DNA from: Octopus bimaculoides
Taxonomy: Eukaryota
Reading direction: 5' to 3'
DNA length: 64,000 nucleotides
Assembly: GCF_001194135.2 (NCBI RefSeq)
Contig: NC_068995.1
Coordinates: 35,657,380 to 35,721,379 of the forward strand
Both the position numbers and the translations under genes were made by a program. Shown here in pieces: positions 50,740 through 63,569 of the stretch; the first letter of the stretch is position 1, and every line of letters begins with the position of its first letter. Below the pieces are notes generated by a model that ran no database searches, had not been told where the DNA came from, and saw nothing but the letters and a program-made list of their open reading frames with translations.

Positions 50740-51890
50740 TTGGACGCAATCCCGCTTAAAATTGCTTAACAGGACACCTTCCTGACAATAGGTAACAAAA
50801 CAATACCTCTCGACAAAATTAAGCAAGTTTCTAGTCCTAATTATTTACGTATAACTTTTTTCCATTTTGTGGAAATTTTACCTGTACTTCTAACGCAATT
50901 AGGAGAACACAATTTAGTACAGCAAAGTGTTATGATTCCGTCAGTTTTTACTGTTTCAGATGTGAATCTATTTACAACTGATGCTTTATAATATTTTAAT
51001 TCCGTCACAGCATTTGCGACCTTAGCTTGCGTGATTACCCTCGCTTCAATACCTAGGTCTCATTCTTTTGGGGGAATATTTTCTTCAATTTCGAGATGGT
51101 CATTTTGCTTAATTAATATTTTCTTCACTTGATCCGTCTAAATTGATCCTTCTTTAGTCTGTAGTTCTTTGTTTCTCTTAGCTATGTTTGCATTTGTTCT
51201 AATTAACTGATATTGACTGATACAATACTCTGATATTCTTTGCTCCTCTGTTTAATGAAATTCAGTCTTATCCACAATATCATTCAAGTATTTCCATGGT
51301 GATTGAAAGTTTTGCAGGGAAGAAGAGTTTGTGGAATAAAGTAGACGAGTAATAAGACGCTAGCTGAGCTAGAATCTGCTGACGACTTGGCGATGACTAT
51401 CAGGACAACTGAATGGATGCTTGATAAGAACGGAAACGTCGGTCAAGTTACTGTTGAAAGACAGAAATTATGATAATAATTTATACTAATCCAACCAAGT
51501 GTAGAAGGAGAAATAAAAAAAAAAAGACCAAAGATAATTCTGAGATTCTCTCTTTGGATGAATATATTTTTTTTAAAAAGCAATGTATATGTTGAAATTT
51601 TCATGGAAGATTAAATGTCTTCCGAGAGATAGCAAGGTAAAAGTTTATATATTCTTGACGAGAACATCATTAATTTACAGGTATTGGTTTTGGTACAACC
51701 TCTCTACATCGGATGCTAAATGACTAATTTTTGAATAGAAGGCTTTGTTTCAAATTTTATAAATCGGTTGGGACGGTCATGTTACTGATGAAAGATTGAT
51801 GAAAACTTCAGAAAATTGTTGCAATGAAGATGGACATGACATAATTCGGCGAGAAGTCTTGTTGAAGATTTCCTCAAGTGAATGACAAAC
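50740..51890. mobile_element. Decayed RTE-like LINE, fragments in both orientations
   Basis: Minus: AKVANAVTELKYYKAS and SRGIVLLPIVRKV. Plus: KTLAELESADDLAM (51354-51395) and IGWDGHVTDERL..IIRR. Confidence 0.6.
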
Positions 51891-52833
51891 AATGTAAGAT
51901 AAGAGGGTGATTTGAGGGAGATTTGGTTACTATTTCATACGCGTAGAGTCATTAGTTAAAACGCTTCCTCATTAAGTCCTTCAGTTGGTAACTTGATCGT
52001 GTTAACGTATGCATTAGCAGCAGTGGAACTAGAATGTTAATAGGGTATGTGCATTGGAGAGGGTGCTATTGGTGTTAGTAACGATGCAAGACATATGTTC
52101 ATGGTGGTATGGTGGTGGTGGCGGCGGCGGCGGTAGTAATAGTGATGGTGATGATAGTGATAATACTTATTGTGTATGAATCATATCAATGGTGGTGATG
52201 GTGATGTTGACTGTTCGGCTGTTCAGGTCTTGTACTAGAATAGAGAGGAATGCCAGAAAGAGTGTAATATCTTATTTGTGATCAAGATGATGGTGTAATT
52301 ATCTCCCACATTCTGATAACATCGGTTGACCCATTTATTAATGCCAAGTAAAAGACTTTATCACTTCACAAACTGGACTTTTCTTCTGTGAAACACTTTC
52401 CTCCTCTTCGTTTCACTTTACTTCCTCCTCTTTTTCTTCCTTTCTGTGTCATTCTCCACGACATGTTTATACGATCAACACACATACACTCACACACACA
52501 TACACATACACACATACACACACACACACATACACTCACACACATATATATATACGCATATATCTATGTACACATACATGTACATATATGTGCGTGTATG
52601 TGTGAGGGCGTCTGTCTGCCTGTGTGTCTGTCTGTCTGTCTTTCTATGCATACATATTTAGTAATATATATATAGACATAGTTATATGTACCTACGTGAG
52701 CAATGAGCGCGCATACATATACATTTGTAAATTTTGAACGTGTACATATGTGTGCGTGTGTATTTGTGGTGTGGGGTGTAATAAGTGTGTATGTATGTAT
52801 ATATATGTATATATATATATATATGTATGTATG

Positions 52834-52880
<47 letters not shown>

Positions 52881-53446
52881 NNNNNNNNNNNNNNNNNNNN
52901 NNNNNNNNNNNNNNNNNNNNNNNNNNNNNNNNNNNNNNNNNNNNNNNNNNNNNNNNNNNNNNNNNNNNNNNNNNNNNNNNNNNNNNNNNNNNNNNNNNNN
53001 NNNNNNNNNNNNNNNNNNNNNNNNNNNNNNNNNNNNNNNNNNNNNNNNNNNNNNNNNNNNNNNNNNNNNNNNNNNNNNNNNNNNNNNNNNNNNNNNNNNN
53101 NNNNNNNNNNNNNNNNNNNNNNNNNNNNNNNNNNNNNNNNNNNNNNNNNNNNNNNNNNNNNNNNNNNNNNNNNNNNNNNNNNNNNNNNNNNNNNNNNNNN
53201 NNNNNNNNNNNNNNNNNNNNNNNNNNNNNNNNNNNNNNNNNNNNNNNNNNNNNNNNNNNNNNNNNNNNNNNNNNNNNNNNNNNNNNNNNNNNNNNNNNNN
53301 NNNNNNNNNNNNNNNNNNNNNNNNNNNNNNNNNNNNNNNNNNNNNNNNNNNNNNNNNNNNNNNNNNNNNNNNNNNNNNNNNNNNNNNNNNNNNNNNNNNN
53401 NNNNNNNNNNNNNNNNNNNNNNNNNNNNNNNNNNNNNNNNNNNNNN

Positions 53447-53723
53447 GTGAAGGCGCGTGGCTTAGTGGTTAGGGTATTCGGCTCGCGATCGTAGGGTCGC
53501 GAGTTCGACTCTCGTCGGCGCGTTGTGTCCTTGAGCAAAGACACTTTATCTCACGTAGTACCTGTATTTCAAGGGGCCAGCGTTGTCACACTCTGTGTCA
53601 CGCTGAATCTCCCTGAGACGCGTGTCTGTGGAGTGCTCAGCCACTTGCACGTTAATCTCATGAGGAAGCTCTTCTGTTGATCGTATCAGCTGAGACCCTT
53701 GTCGTCGTAACAGACGGAGTGCC
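53447..53723 (+). mobile_element. SINE family C variant, internally deleted
   Basis: Head GCGCGTGGCTTAGTGGTTAGGG, TTGTGTCCTTGAGCAAAGACAC and tail GACGGAGTGCC. Confidence 0.88.
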
Positions 53724-54135
53724 TCCCATCCTATATACATACATATATATATATATATATACACACATATGTTTAAAACAGTTTGATTCGGTTCCATGCG
53801 ATTTAAAGCTTCATATGTTTCAAATAGAAACATGGCTTGCTCAGACAGATTAACGAATGGAGGAATACAGGACGTCTAAGATGGCTACTGGAAAATGAGA
53901 TGTTATTGGTAAAGGCGAGTGACATGGTGTTGTTAGAAGTGAAATTGGCAAATTCAGCGACACCAGATACATTGAAAGAGATAAATTCTTGTTTCTGTTA
54001 AAAGCTTGCGAAACTTTAAGTCGCATGCAACCGAACCAGGAGGGTTTAAATAAATAATATACCTCCTACTAAATGACTTGAGCGCCTTTTTCTTTCGTTT
54101 GTCCACTCACTCGAATACATACATATACATATATA

Positions 54136-55079
54136 CGAGGTGGTATCAAAAGGTTCCCGGACTAGTTATAACTTATTTACCTAAGTTTTAACATCATCTC
54201 TTTCGAAATAGTTACCATGCACAGCAATACACCGGTCCCAGCGTTCTTGCTACTTTTGGATTCCGGCCTAGAAGTCATTTTCCGTAAGCCAGTCCAGCAC
54301 CTTTTGCAATTCGCTCTTGATCTCGACAACGATGTTAAAATGGCGACCTTTGAGCTGCATTTTCAGAAAGAGATGGAAGTCAACAAGTGCTAAATCTGGC
54401 GAATAGGGCGGATGCGGAAGCGAAACCATGTTGTTTTGGCGAGAAACTCGCGAAGGAGGAAAGCTCGGTGACAAGGTGCATTGTCGTCATGAACAATCCA
54501 ATTCTTCGCACTTCACAGATCCGGTCGCTTTCGCCTCAAACGCTTCGAAACGTCACAGAAGAACTTTCGATTGACCGTCTGGCACTGGGGACGGATTCTC
54601 GATTCACAATACCACATTTCCGGTGGTGACCCTCGTNNNNNNNNNNNNNNNNNNNNNNNNNNNNNNNNNNNNNNNNNNNNNNNNNNNNNNNNNNNNNNNN
54701 NNNNNNNNNNNNNNNNNNNNNNNNNNNNNNNNNNNNNNNNNNNNNNNNNNNNNNNNNNNNNNNNNNNNNNNNATTGCGCACGACTCATTGCCTCACCGCC
54801 GTAAATTTGCCAAAGCGTGCTAAATGTCTCTGTAGCAGACTTCCCAGGTGTGACGCAAATTTTCACGTTGGCTCTTTGTTCCAACTTCTTGTTCATGACA
54901 AAATCGCAGACTACAGCATACACGTGATCACAAAAACAGAAATTTCACAAACTTGCGAAGTAAACACAACGATGTCACTCGGCACATCGCCTCGTGACGA
55001 CCACTGTGCTTGCAACCGTGTGCTGCCATCTGTTGGCACGCTATAGAACTAGTCAGGTAACATTTTTGATACCACCTCG
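54136..55079 (-). mobile_element. Internally deleted mariner with both TIRs
   Basis: TA-CGAGGTGGTATCAAAAGGTTCC...TTTTTGATACCACCTCG-TA. Remnants EQRANVKICV and HPPYSPDLALVDF. Confidence 0.93.
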
Positions 55080-55111
55080 TATATAGATAGACGGATAGCT
55101 AGCTAGCTAGC

Positions 55112-55183
<72 letters not shown>

Positions 55184-55217
55184 AATGCATATACATTTAA
55201 ATGTATACATACATATG

Positions 55218-55260
<43 letters not shown>

Positions 55261-55815
55261 ACATATGGATCGATGATCGTAAGGATATGAGTGCATACGG
55301 ATTTCGATAAGAATGTTCAGGTGCGAGTATTTCATTTGTATTTCTATTTTAGCACATTTGTCTGTGTATAAATATGAGGCGGGGTGCATCCCCAGGGAAT
55401 TTCATTGCATGACTAAACTGTGTGCTAGAAATCAGACGTTTGTATGACAAAACTCCTCACTGGAACACTTGTTAATGAAGCGCACTACTCCACAGATATA
55501 CTACAATAACTTCTTTGACTCTAACAATAATAATTACTTAGATCTCTTGACGTCTTCCATGTGTTGATGGATGTAGTGACGACATGTTCTCCTCAGGTTT
55601 GTTCTCATATTTCCTGGTCATTTGGGTTTTCAGAAAATAAAAACACCGCTTTATTCACAAGTCGCCCATCCTTCCGCACATCTTCTACAGAAGAAAAACT
55701 TCCTGAAGTTATTGGTCATACATATGTGTGTGTATATTGGTGGGCGTATACTAGCTTGTATGCCTATGAGTGTGTGTCTGTACGTGGGTCTATCACTTTG
55801 TAACCTAATCTGTTT

Positions 55816-55893
<78 letters not shown>

Positions 55894-56057
55894 CTCTCGC
55901 TCTCTCGCACACACACATATATATTAACATATATATATGTGTGTGTGTGCGTGTGTGTGTGTGTGTGTGCGTGTGTGTGTGTGTACATATATATTATATA
56001 TACACAGACGTACATATATGCATATATATATATACATACACAAACGCTCGCGTGTGT

Positions 56058-56088
<31 letters not shown>

Positions 56089-56209
56089 ACAAAGAAAATT
56101 GGAAATAGAGCTCAAAACAAGTATATATATGTTTTTTTATTAATATTCGGCAAAAGTTTCTGAGTGACTCAAGGGCCGTGAGTTTCGTGCGTTGGCATTT
56201 ATGACTTGA

Positions 56210-56252
<43 letters not shown>

Positions 56253-56444
56253 TATTCTTTTATTATTTTACTTGTTTCAGTCATTTTTGACGGCGGTCAT
56301 GCTGGAGCACTACGTTGAAGGGTTTAGTCGAGCAAATCGATCCCAGGACATATTTTTTTAAGCTGAGTTCTTATTCTATCAGCCTCTTTTGTGTGTATAT
56401 GAATTCTTATTTTATGTGTACCTGTACGCATACTCTTTTACTCT

Positions 56445-56830
56445 TTTACTTGTTTCAGTCATTTGACTGCGGCCATGCTGGAGCACCGCCTTTAGTCGAG
56501 CAAATCGGCCCCAGGACTTATTCTTTGTAAGCCTAGTACCTATTCTATTGGTCTCGTTTGCCGAACCGCTAAGTTACGGGGACGTAAACACACCAGCATC
56601 GGTTGTCAAGCGATGCTGGGGGGACAAACACAGACACACACATATATATATATATACATATACATATATACGACGGTCTTCTTTCAGTTTCCGTCTACCA
56701 AATCCACTCACAAGGCTTTGGTCGGTCCGAGGCTATAGTAGAAGACACTTGCCCAAGATGCCACGCAGTGGGACTGAACCCGGAACCATGTGGTTGGTAA
56801 GCAAGCTACTTACCACACAGCCACTCCTGC
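56445..56830 (-). mobile_element. Full-length SINE family B (plus a 3' fragment at 56265-56380)
   Basis: The reverse complement starts AGGCGCAGGAGTGGCTGTGTGGTAAG, with CORE-like GGCATCTTGGGCAAGTG and a central microsatellite. Confidence 0.92.
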
Positions 56831-56872
56831 GCCTATTAAATATATTTATATTGAATGTACGTAAGGTAGAGA

Positions 56873-57026
56873 TCTGGGTGAATCATTAGCACACTGGACA
56901 AAAAAGAGAAAATGCTCAACGGCATTTCGTCCGTTTTAACGTTCCAGTTGAGTAGTGGTGTCGATGCAATCGACTTACACCTTCCCCGGAAATTGCTGGT
57001 GTTGTGCCAAAATTTGAAACCAATAT
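56873..57026 (+). mobile_element. SINE family A, internally deleted
   Basis: GAATCATTAGCAC..., GTCGATGCAATCGAC... and AATTTGAAACCAAT. Confidence 0.75.
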
Positions 57027-57493
57027 CAATTGTGTGAGTATGTGCTCTTCGGTATCTGTGTGTACGTGTATTTATGTGGTGAGCTTATTACTCTTTTTAT
57101 CTGATAAGTTTCATCTTATATCCGTCTCAAATGAACGGCTGAAACAATTGAAGAGGGCGTATGAAAAAAACAAGGATGACACATATTATATTCATAACCC
57201 ACACTAATATTCTCTTACATTCTCACAAGATTCATAACAAGTGGATCCACATACACGTACACAAATCCTACATGCAAATTCAGACGTACATAATCAAACG
57301 ACGACATTCAGGCTGACAAAGATATTTAAAAGTGACCACTCAAATACACATCATATACATATGTACAAACACACAACACACTCACATATATGTATATATA
57401 TATATATTCGCTAAGACATCCGCTTTCAGGGAAAAACTGCTTCTAATAGATGTAAACTCGTAAGTGACCATTACATACATACAACGACATATA

Positions 57494-57532
<39 letters not shown>

Positions 57533-57740
57533 ACACACTTACATACGTACATACATACATATATACATACATGCCCCTACTTGGAGACAAGTGATTCCGT
57601 TGTAACTGTTTAATCACTACCACTTGTAGGTTTCTCGTCAAATTTAAAGAATTGTTCAGTTCTGTATGGCCACCAATGATTTACCATTGAATTTTTGTGA
57701 ACGCCACAGATAATTTTTGCATTTTTTGCCATCAAATCAG

Positions 57741-57810
57741 GTGTTACAGGATACCAGAAAGAAACAAGAGAGAAAAATGATTACAAAATATATTTTTTTG
57801 TTTCCCTTAG
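57741..57810 (+). other. Candidate 70-nt exon or recursive splice site ending AG|GTAAGT
   Basis: Upstream acceptor TTTTTTGCCATCAAATCAG; two frames are open. The 3' end is itself a pyrimidine tract plus AG abutting GTAAGT. Confidence 0.35.
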
Positions 57811-58084
57811 GTAAGTTACTGCTTCATAATTTTCAAATTATGTCCGTGTAGATTAGTACACGTGTGTATATTTTAGTAGAAATATGTGCGAACTAGATAA
57901 AATCATTTAAATAGAGTGACAGAAAAATTAATAGTCACGCAAATATTTATATTTCTGAAATTTATAAATGTATGTACATCCACCCATGTATAAACAATTT
58001 AATATTCTTTATGTTCCGTTTTAAATCTGTTATCTATATCGATGTGTTTGTAGATACCAGTTATATACTACGTCCTACGAACAA

Positions 58085-58222
58085 CAATATTGGTTTCAAA
58101 TTTTGCTACAAGGCCAAAGATTTCAGGGGAGAAGTAAGTCGGCTAATGCTCAACTGGTATTTATTTTAAACTCCTGGAAGGATAAAAAGCTAAAGCGACC
58201 TCGGGCACATTTAAACTCAAAC
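58085..58222 (-). mobile_element. Diverged SINE family A fragment
   Basis: ATTGGTTTCAAATTTTG..CAAGGCC through ATTTAAACTCA. Confidence 0.75.
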
Positions 58223-58440
58223 CACGAACAATAATATTCAAAATGGGAGAGTATATATTTTTATACACACAAATTCGTTCTTATTTTACAAGACTCAGTC
58301 ATTGGACGGTGGCTAGGACGGGCACTGCTTTCCAAACATTAATAGCATAGAGTATTTCTGTCGGAATGTACCTGAAACACACTGCAATCTAATATGCACA
58401 CGTACATATAATACACACACGCACGCACGCACGCACACAC

Positions 58441-58485
<45 letters not shown>

Positions 58486-58559
58486 TATCTTTTATTCTTT
58501 TATTTTTTATTCGTTTCANNNNNNNNNNACACACACACACATACATATCTTTTATTCTT

Positions 58560-58770
58560 TTATTTTTTATTCGTTTCAGTCATTTGACTGCAGCCATTCT
58601 GGAGCACCGCCTTTAGTCGAACAAATCGACCCGAGGACTTTTTTTTAAAAGTCCTGCACTTATTCTATTAGTGTCGTTTGCCGAACTGCTAAGTTACGGG
58701 ACTTAAAGACACCAACACCGGTTGTAAATTGGTGGTGTTAGGTCAAACACAGACACAAACACACACACAC
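58560..58770 (-). mobile_element. SINE family B 3' part
   Basis: GTTTCAGTCATTTGACTGC..GGAGCACCGCCTTTAGTCG, as at 56445. Confidence 0.85.
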
Positions 58771-58772
58771 AC

Positions 58773-58829
<57 letters not shown>

Positions 58830-58860
58830 GAGAGAGAGAGAGGGGGGGAGGGTGTGTTAG

Positions 58861-59395
58861 TTGTATAGGGTACAATTATATTTAAGGGCACGGAAGCTGT
58901 TATGGCTGCATACTGAAAGAACACGCCGAATATGTCCTACTACTTCAAATATTCACTCCACAAATAATTACACAAGTTGAAAATGGGAAAGCAGACTGGC
59001 TAAAGGCTGGATTAATCTAGTAACTTTTCCTTCATCAGCAAAACACACTGGGTGAAATAAATGAAAATATCCATGCATATCCTCAGAAAAATATTTACTC
59101 TCACACACCCAGTGTGTATATTCACAAATATATTTGTGAATATTTTATACTTTCATTTATTTTGCCCAGTGTGTTTTGCTGGTGAAGAAAAGGATACTAA
59201 ACTAATCCAAAAATTAATCAATCGAAAACTAACTGAATTATTTTATGAATTTTCAGCCAGTCTGCTTTCCCGCTTTCGACTTGTGTAATTATTTCTGAAG
59301 TGAATATTTGAAGTGGTAGGACGTATTCAGCATGTCCTTTCAACATATAGGCATAATATCTTTCGTGCCATCAAGTATAATTGTACCTTACACAA
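58861..59395. mobile_element. Fold-back MITE-like element with arms of about 200 bp
   Basis: 58861-59066 is an imperfect reverse complement of about 59148-59395. Confidence 0.85.
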
Positions 59396-59488
59396 TTATG
59401 TATCTCTATAAATGTATTTAACTTAAAGGGTTTTCATAGGCTGGCCACTAATAAAACTCATTAATTTTAATGATTTCATCCTCTAATT

Positions 59489-59527
<39 letters not shown>

Positions 59528-59723
59528 TACTGGCTTCTTTCAGTGGGGGGGGGGCATTTATTTGCATTAAGATTTATATATTTTCACATCATCAACAATC
59601 TTCACAGCTAAAGTTTATAGTAAAGTTACAGTATATTTATCTGCTTTATGCTGCCTATACATATACGATTGATCGGTAAATCCACAAGTCTTTTTATTCT
59701 CTCTCTGTTTATTNNNNNNNNNN

Positions 59724-59757
<34 letters not shown>

Positions 59758-60220
59758 ATCGGTAGAAATTTACAAAAGTAAATTTAACTCAAGCGGTGCG
59801 AGTTTCGTGCAGGGTACTAATAAAGTGATAAGCTCTATGCAGGAAGTAATTAGGTAATTAACAACTACACTCATTAATCAAAACTGTAAATGTGTGAATT
59901 TATTCATTACTTCTTTTCACGCATCATATATGTATGTGAGTCAGTATGTGTTCGAGTTAGAGTAGATGTGCGTGCGTGTGCGATTGTGTGTGCGTGTGAG
60001 AGTGTGTGTGCATGTGCGTGTTTGTGTATGTGTGTGAGGGAGAAAGCAACATATATACATGAATACATATATACATATGTGTGAGAGTTGAATATACTGA
60101 ACAATTTAGGGTTTGCTTTTACATATGACTATCATATCAGGCTTCTTTTAATTTGCTGAATTCTCTCGATTAGGTTCCTTATTGATATTTCGCTATGAAC
60201 ATGATTGCATGTATGTGTGA

Positions 60221-60255
<35 letters not shown>

Positions 60256-60348
60256 TGATGTGTGCGCGTGGTGTGTGCGCGTGGTGTGTGCGCGTGGTGT
60301 GTGCGCTTGCGCGCTCCTCTAATTAAGATTTAATTATATATTAGGTTC

Positions 60349-60548
60349 GTTAGTTGGCAGAATCGTTAGCTCAGCGGGCAAAATCCTTACCATTATTTCA
60401 TCCATCTGGGTTCAAATTCCGCCGAGGTCGGCTTTGCTTTCATCCTTTCGGGGTCGATAAAATAAGTACCAGTTGAGCACTGGAGTCGATATAATCGATT
60501 TACCCCCTTCCCTGGAATTACTGGTCTTGTGCCAACATATGAAACCAA
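60349..60548 (+). mobile_element. SINE family A copy (another fragment at 61617-61725)
   Basis: TTGGCAGAATCGTTAGC through GAAACCAAT. Confidence 0.88.
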
Positions 60549-61847
60549 TATTTATTTATGTATAGAGCACTTAACAGCGAAAATATTTTGTTTTTAGATG
60601 AGTTGTAGTGTCTAATATGAACTTTCTACTCTTCACGTCAAGATATTAGAATGTACATGCTGTTGATCTACAACTTATCTAGTCTGAATTTTATATTAAA
60701 ACAATTAGGAATCATTAGTGAATGCTTTCCGCTCCTTTAACTTCTGAATTAATCAATCATCATTCTGTGATAGATACTGAAATTGTTATTCATTACACTT
60801 TTACACAGCTAGTGAGTGGAAACTCGCTGCGGGACGAACGGACAGCAGGTGAAATCTCCAGAGGAAGAACAACCGTCAAATAAGTTTCTCAGTCCGTTAG
60901 TTCCTGATATTCGAAGTGAGTCGGGCCTACCTAGTGATTCCCAGGTATCCTGCTGTTATTTAATTGTCACCTCTAGAGAGGATTGAACTCGAAACCTTTG
61001 GGTGGGATTATTACTTCGCCACAAAGCCCTCCGCATGGATATACACTGTTTCAATTTGGATTCCCTTCCTGTTGCAATTTACCATTTTATAAATTTAGAG
61101 ACAGCTGTGAAATGTTAAGCTTCTTCAATGACAAGTATCCTGCACCAGTCATGCCGGGCATAACTTCAGAAGTGTGCCACTCCACCCGACTTTTTCCCTC
61201 GTGATTTTCTGAAAAAAGAGTGTTTTTTAATGAAATTTATTAAAATACCTTTTAGATGATGTAGATTTCGATCATATTGGGATAGTTTGAAAAAAAAAAC
61301 ACGATTTTGTTTTCTCATTCGTTTTCATAATGTAGATTATGTTGAAAAAAATTACTTTTGAGAACTATTCCACTCTTTCCCTTCTGGAATAAGTGGAAAG
61401 AATATTTTTTACTGAAGTGAAATTTTGCAGAGATGCTATCGAAATAAGTTAGTTAATAATCTAAGTTATAGTTCTGCTCTTGTGTAAAATACATACTCAG
61501 TCTCTTCATTTGGTTTGTCAAAAACGTAATAGCACACGTTCTATGGTCATACACAGGTAAAGCTAATATTTTTGCAGAAAGTATAAGCATCACAACTGCT
61601 AAAACTTTATTGACAGAATCATTAGAGCATACGACAAAACGCCTTGCAGTATTTAGTTGCGATAATTTGGGTTCTGAGTTCAAATATCTCCGAGGTCGTA
61701 TTTGTCTTTCAACTTTTCGGGGTTATAAAAAAAAAAGAGTTAATTAAATATTGGATCGAAATATGTGGTTCCGATAAAGGTCGCAGATCTGTGAACGTGG
61801 AAGTGGAATGATCTTACTTGGCGCTAGAGATCTCATTCACTGCACCA

Positions 61848-61913
<66 letters not shown>

Positions 61914-62076
61914 ATGTGTGTGTAGATAAGTTAATTATGATTTTATTCAACCTATTCCCTTCTCAGATTCACACACTTATTGCAACGCTCTTTTAGTTTT
62001 TCTAAGACCTGTAAAAGAACTCAGAAGGTTGGGCCTTTCGCGACAGCCTTAAAGCCAGGAACTTTTCAGCACCCTT

Positions 62077-62107
<31 letters not shown>

Positions 62108-62819
62108 GATGAATGGATGGATGTACACACGCACACACGCATGCATACATACATACATACATACATACATACATACATACATAGGCTTAAACAAATTGGC
62201 AATAGGAAGAAGATAATAAGGAATATTTGCTGATACACAAAAAATAGATTTTGTAAACTGCGGTTCGTATAAGTCTACAGAACTTGTAATTTTTATGAGA
62301 GGGAGAGAGGGGGGAGGCATAAAAACTCTGTAGGCATTTTGATCATCGTTTTGGAGTCTTATTTTTCGCATCAACTTTCAGTTTTTAGTGATTCATATTG
62401 TCACCTCCTCCTCTCTTTTCACAACTTTCTGTTACTTCAGTCTCTGTCTTGCATTGTTTTCTTCCTTCAAAACACAGCAAATTTAACAGCTTTTTATTTT
62501 GTTTCTACTTTATAATTATTTCTGTGACTTTCCACTGGAAAATTTGTAATATGATAAACATAATCTTTCTGGTATATTCTAAATGCAGTCATTATTTTTC
62601 TTATTTTCCTGTCTCGTTTTCATGAATCATTATAAATCTAACTTATTACTAGAATGTCTAGAATAGTGATGCATGTTATCTTAATGCTTATATTTACACT
62701 GATGATCTGAAACCTCTTATAATCCACATTAGTTTACGAGTAGGAAATTCAAATTCCTGCGGCCACCAGATTAGTTTACAATTATCTTGCATAGTATAAC
62801 ATTGATAAACTTGTATCAT

Positions 62820-62990
62820 GAATCATCATCATCAACATTTAACGTCCGTTTTCCATGCTGGCATGTGTCGGACGGCTTGACAGGAATTAGCAAGACTAGG
62901 GGCCACATCAGGTTCCATAGTCTGTTTTGGTTTGGTTTTTACAGCAGGATGCCCTTTCTCACGCCAACTACTTTACAACGTGTACCCACA
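62820..62990 (-). mobile_element. RTE-type LINE/SINE 3' tail fragment
   Basis: (ATC)n followed by TTTAACGTCCGTTTTCCATGCTGGCATG...GGATGCCCTT.CTCACGCCAAC, a typical RTE 3' end read on the opposite strand (recognised from memory). Confidence 0.6.
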
Positions 62991-63149
62991 CACTAATGTA
63001 CAAGTACCTGTATTTCGTTTAATTAGTTGAGTAAGTTTAATACTTGTTTGATTTAAAGTGTGTTGATCAAAGTGACCACCCCTTGTTCGGAAAAATCAAT
63101 AATCTGGAAAGGCTTTGGAACAAAAGATTAAGAAAAACATATAGATAAA

Positions 63150-63530
63150 CAAATCCCTCGGTGATGGTCTGCCATAACGTTTCTTCCATTTCTGTGTATT
63201 GTACTTAGTGAAGTGCATTGATTTCTAAGTATTTGTGGGACGTATTTACTCTAATTTTTAAGTATTATAACATATATTGCTTTAATTCTCCTGTTTCTTT
63301 ACCAAACATGACAGTAGTGTCATTTCCTTTCTGGGGTTTCTTTTCTTTTTTCGCTTTTTGCTTTTTGTCTTTTATTATTATTGATTTTCCTTTCTTTAAT
63401 GGTGCTGTGGAGCATTTGTCTAAACCGAATTGCAGATCAATCCCGGTAATTGATCTGTGTAAGCGATTCCGTTTGTTTATCATCTGCATAGTACAACTTA
63501 AAAATCGAGAAAGATGGTTGATTTTTACTC
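63150..63530 (-). mobile_element. R4/Dong-like non-LTR retrotransposon RT relic
   Basis: The minus strand reads KINHL, YADDKQTESL, DLQFGLDKCSTAPLKKGK and SHKYLEIN..QYTEM. Compare the R4-clade motifs INHLFYMDD, DIGMQFGLDKC and YKYLGI..IQH..MKE. Confidence 0.7.
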
Positions 63531-63569
63531 AATTGTATTTGTAACCAGGATCAAACGAATTTATTATAC

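Noticed and set aside
56168-56220. GCAC-GAAA-CTC motif on the minus strand, shared with 59788-59810, resembling half a hammerhead
   Set aside because: No CUGANGA core is present upstream in either copy; it cannot be supported without a family consensus.
58467-58579. About 50-bp exact duplication on both sides of a 10-N gap
   Set aside because: This is the typical unmerged contig overlap, an assembly artefact.
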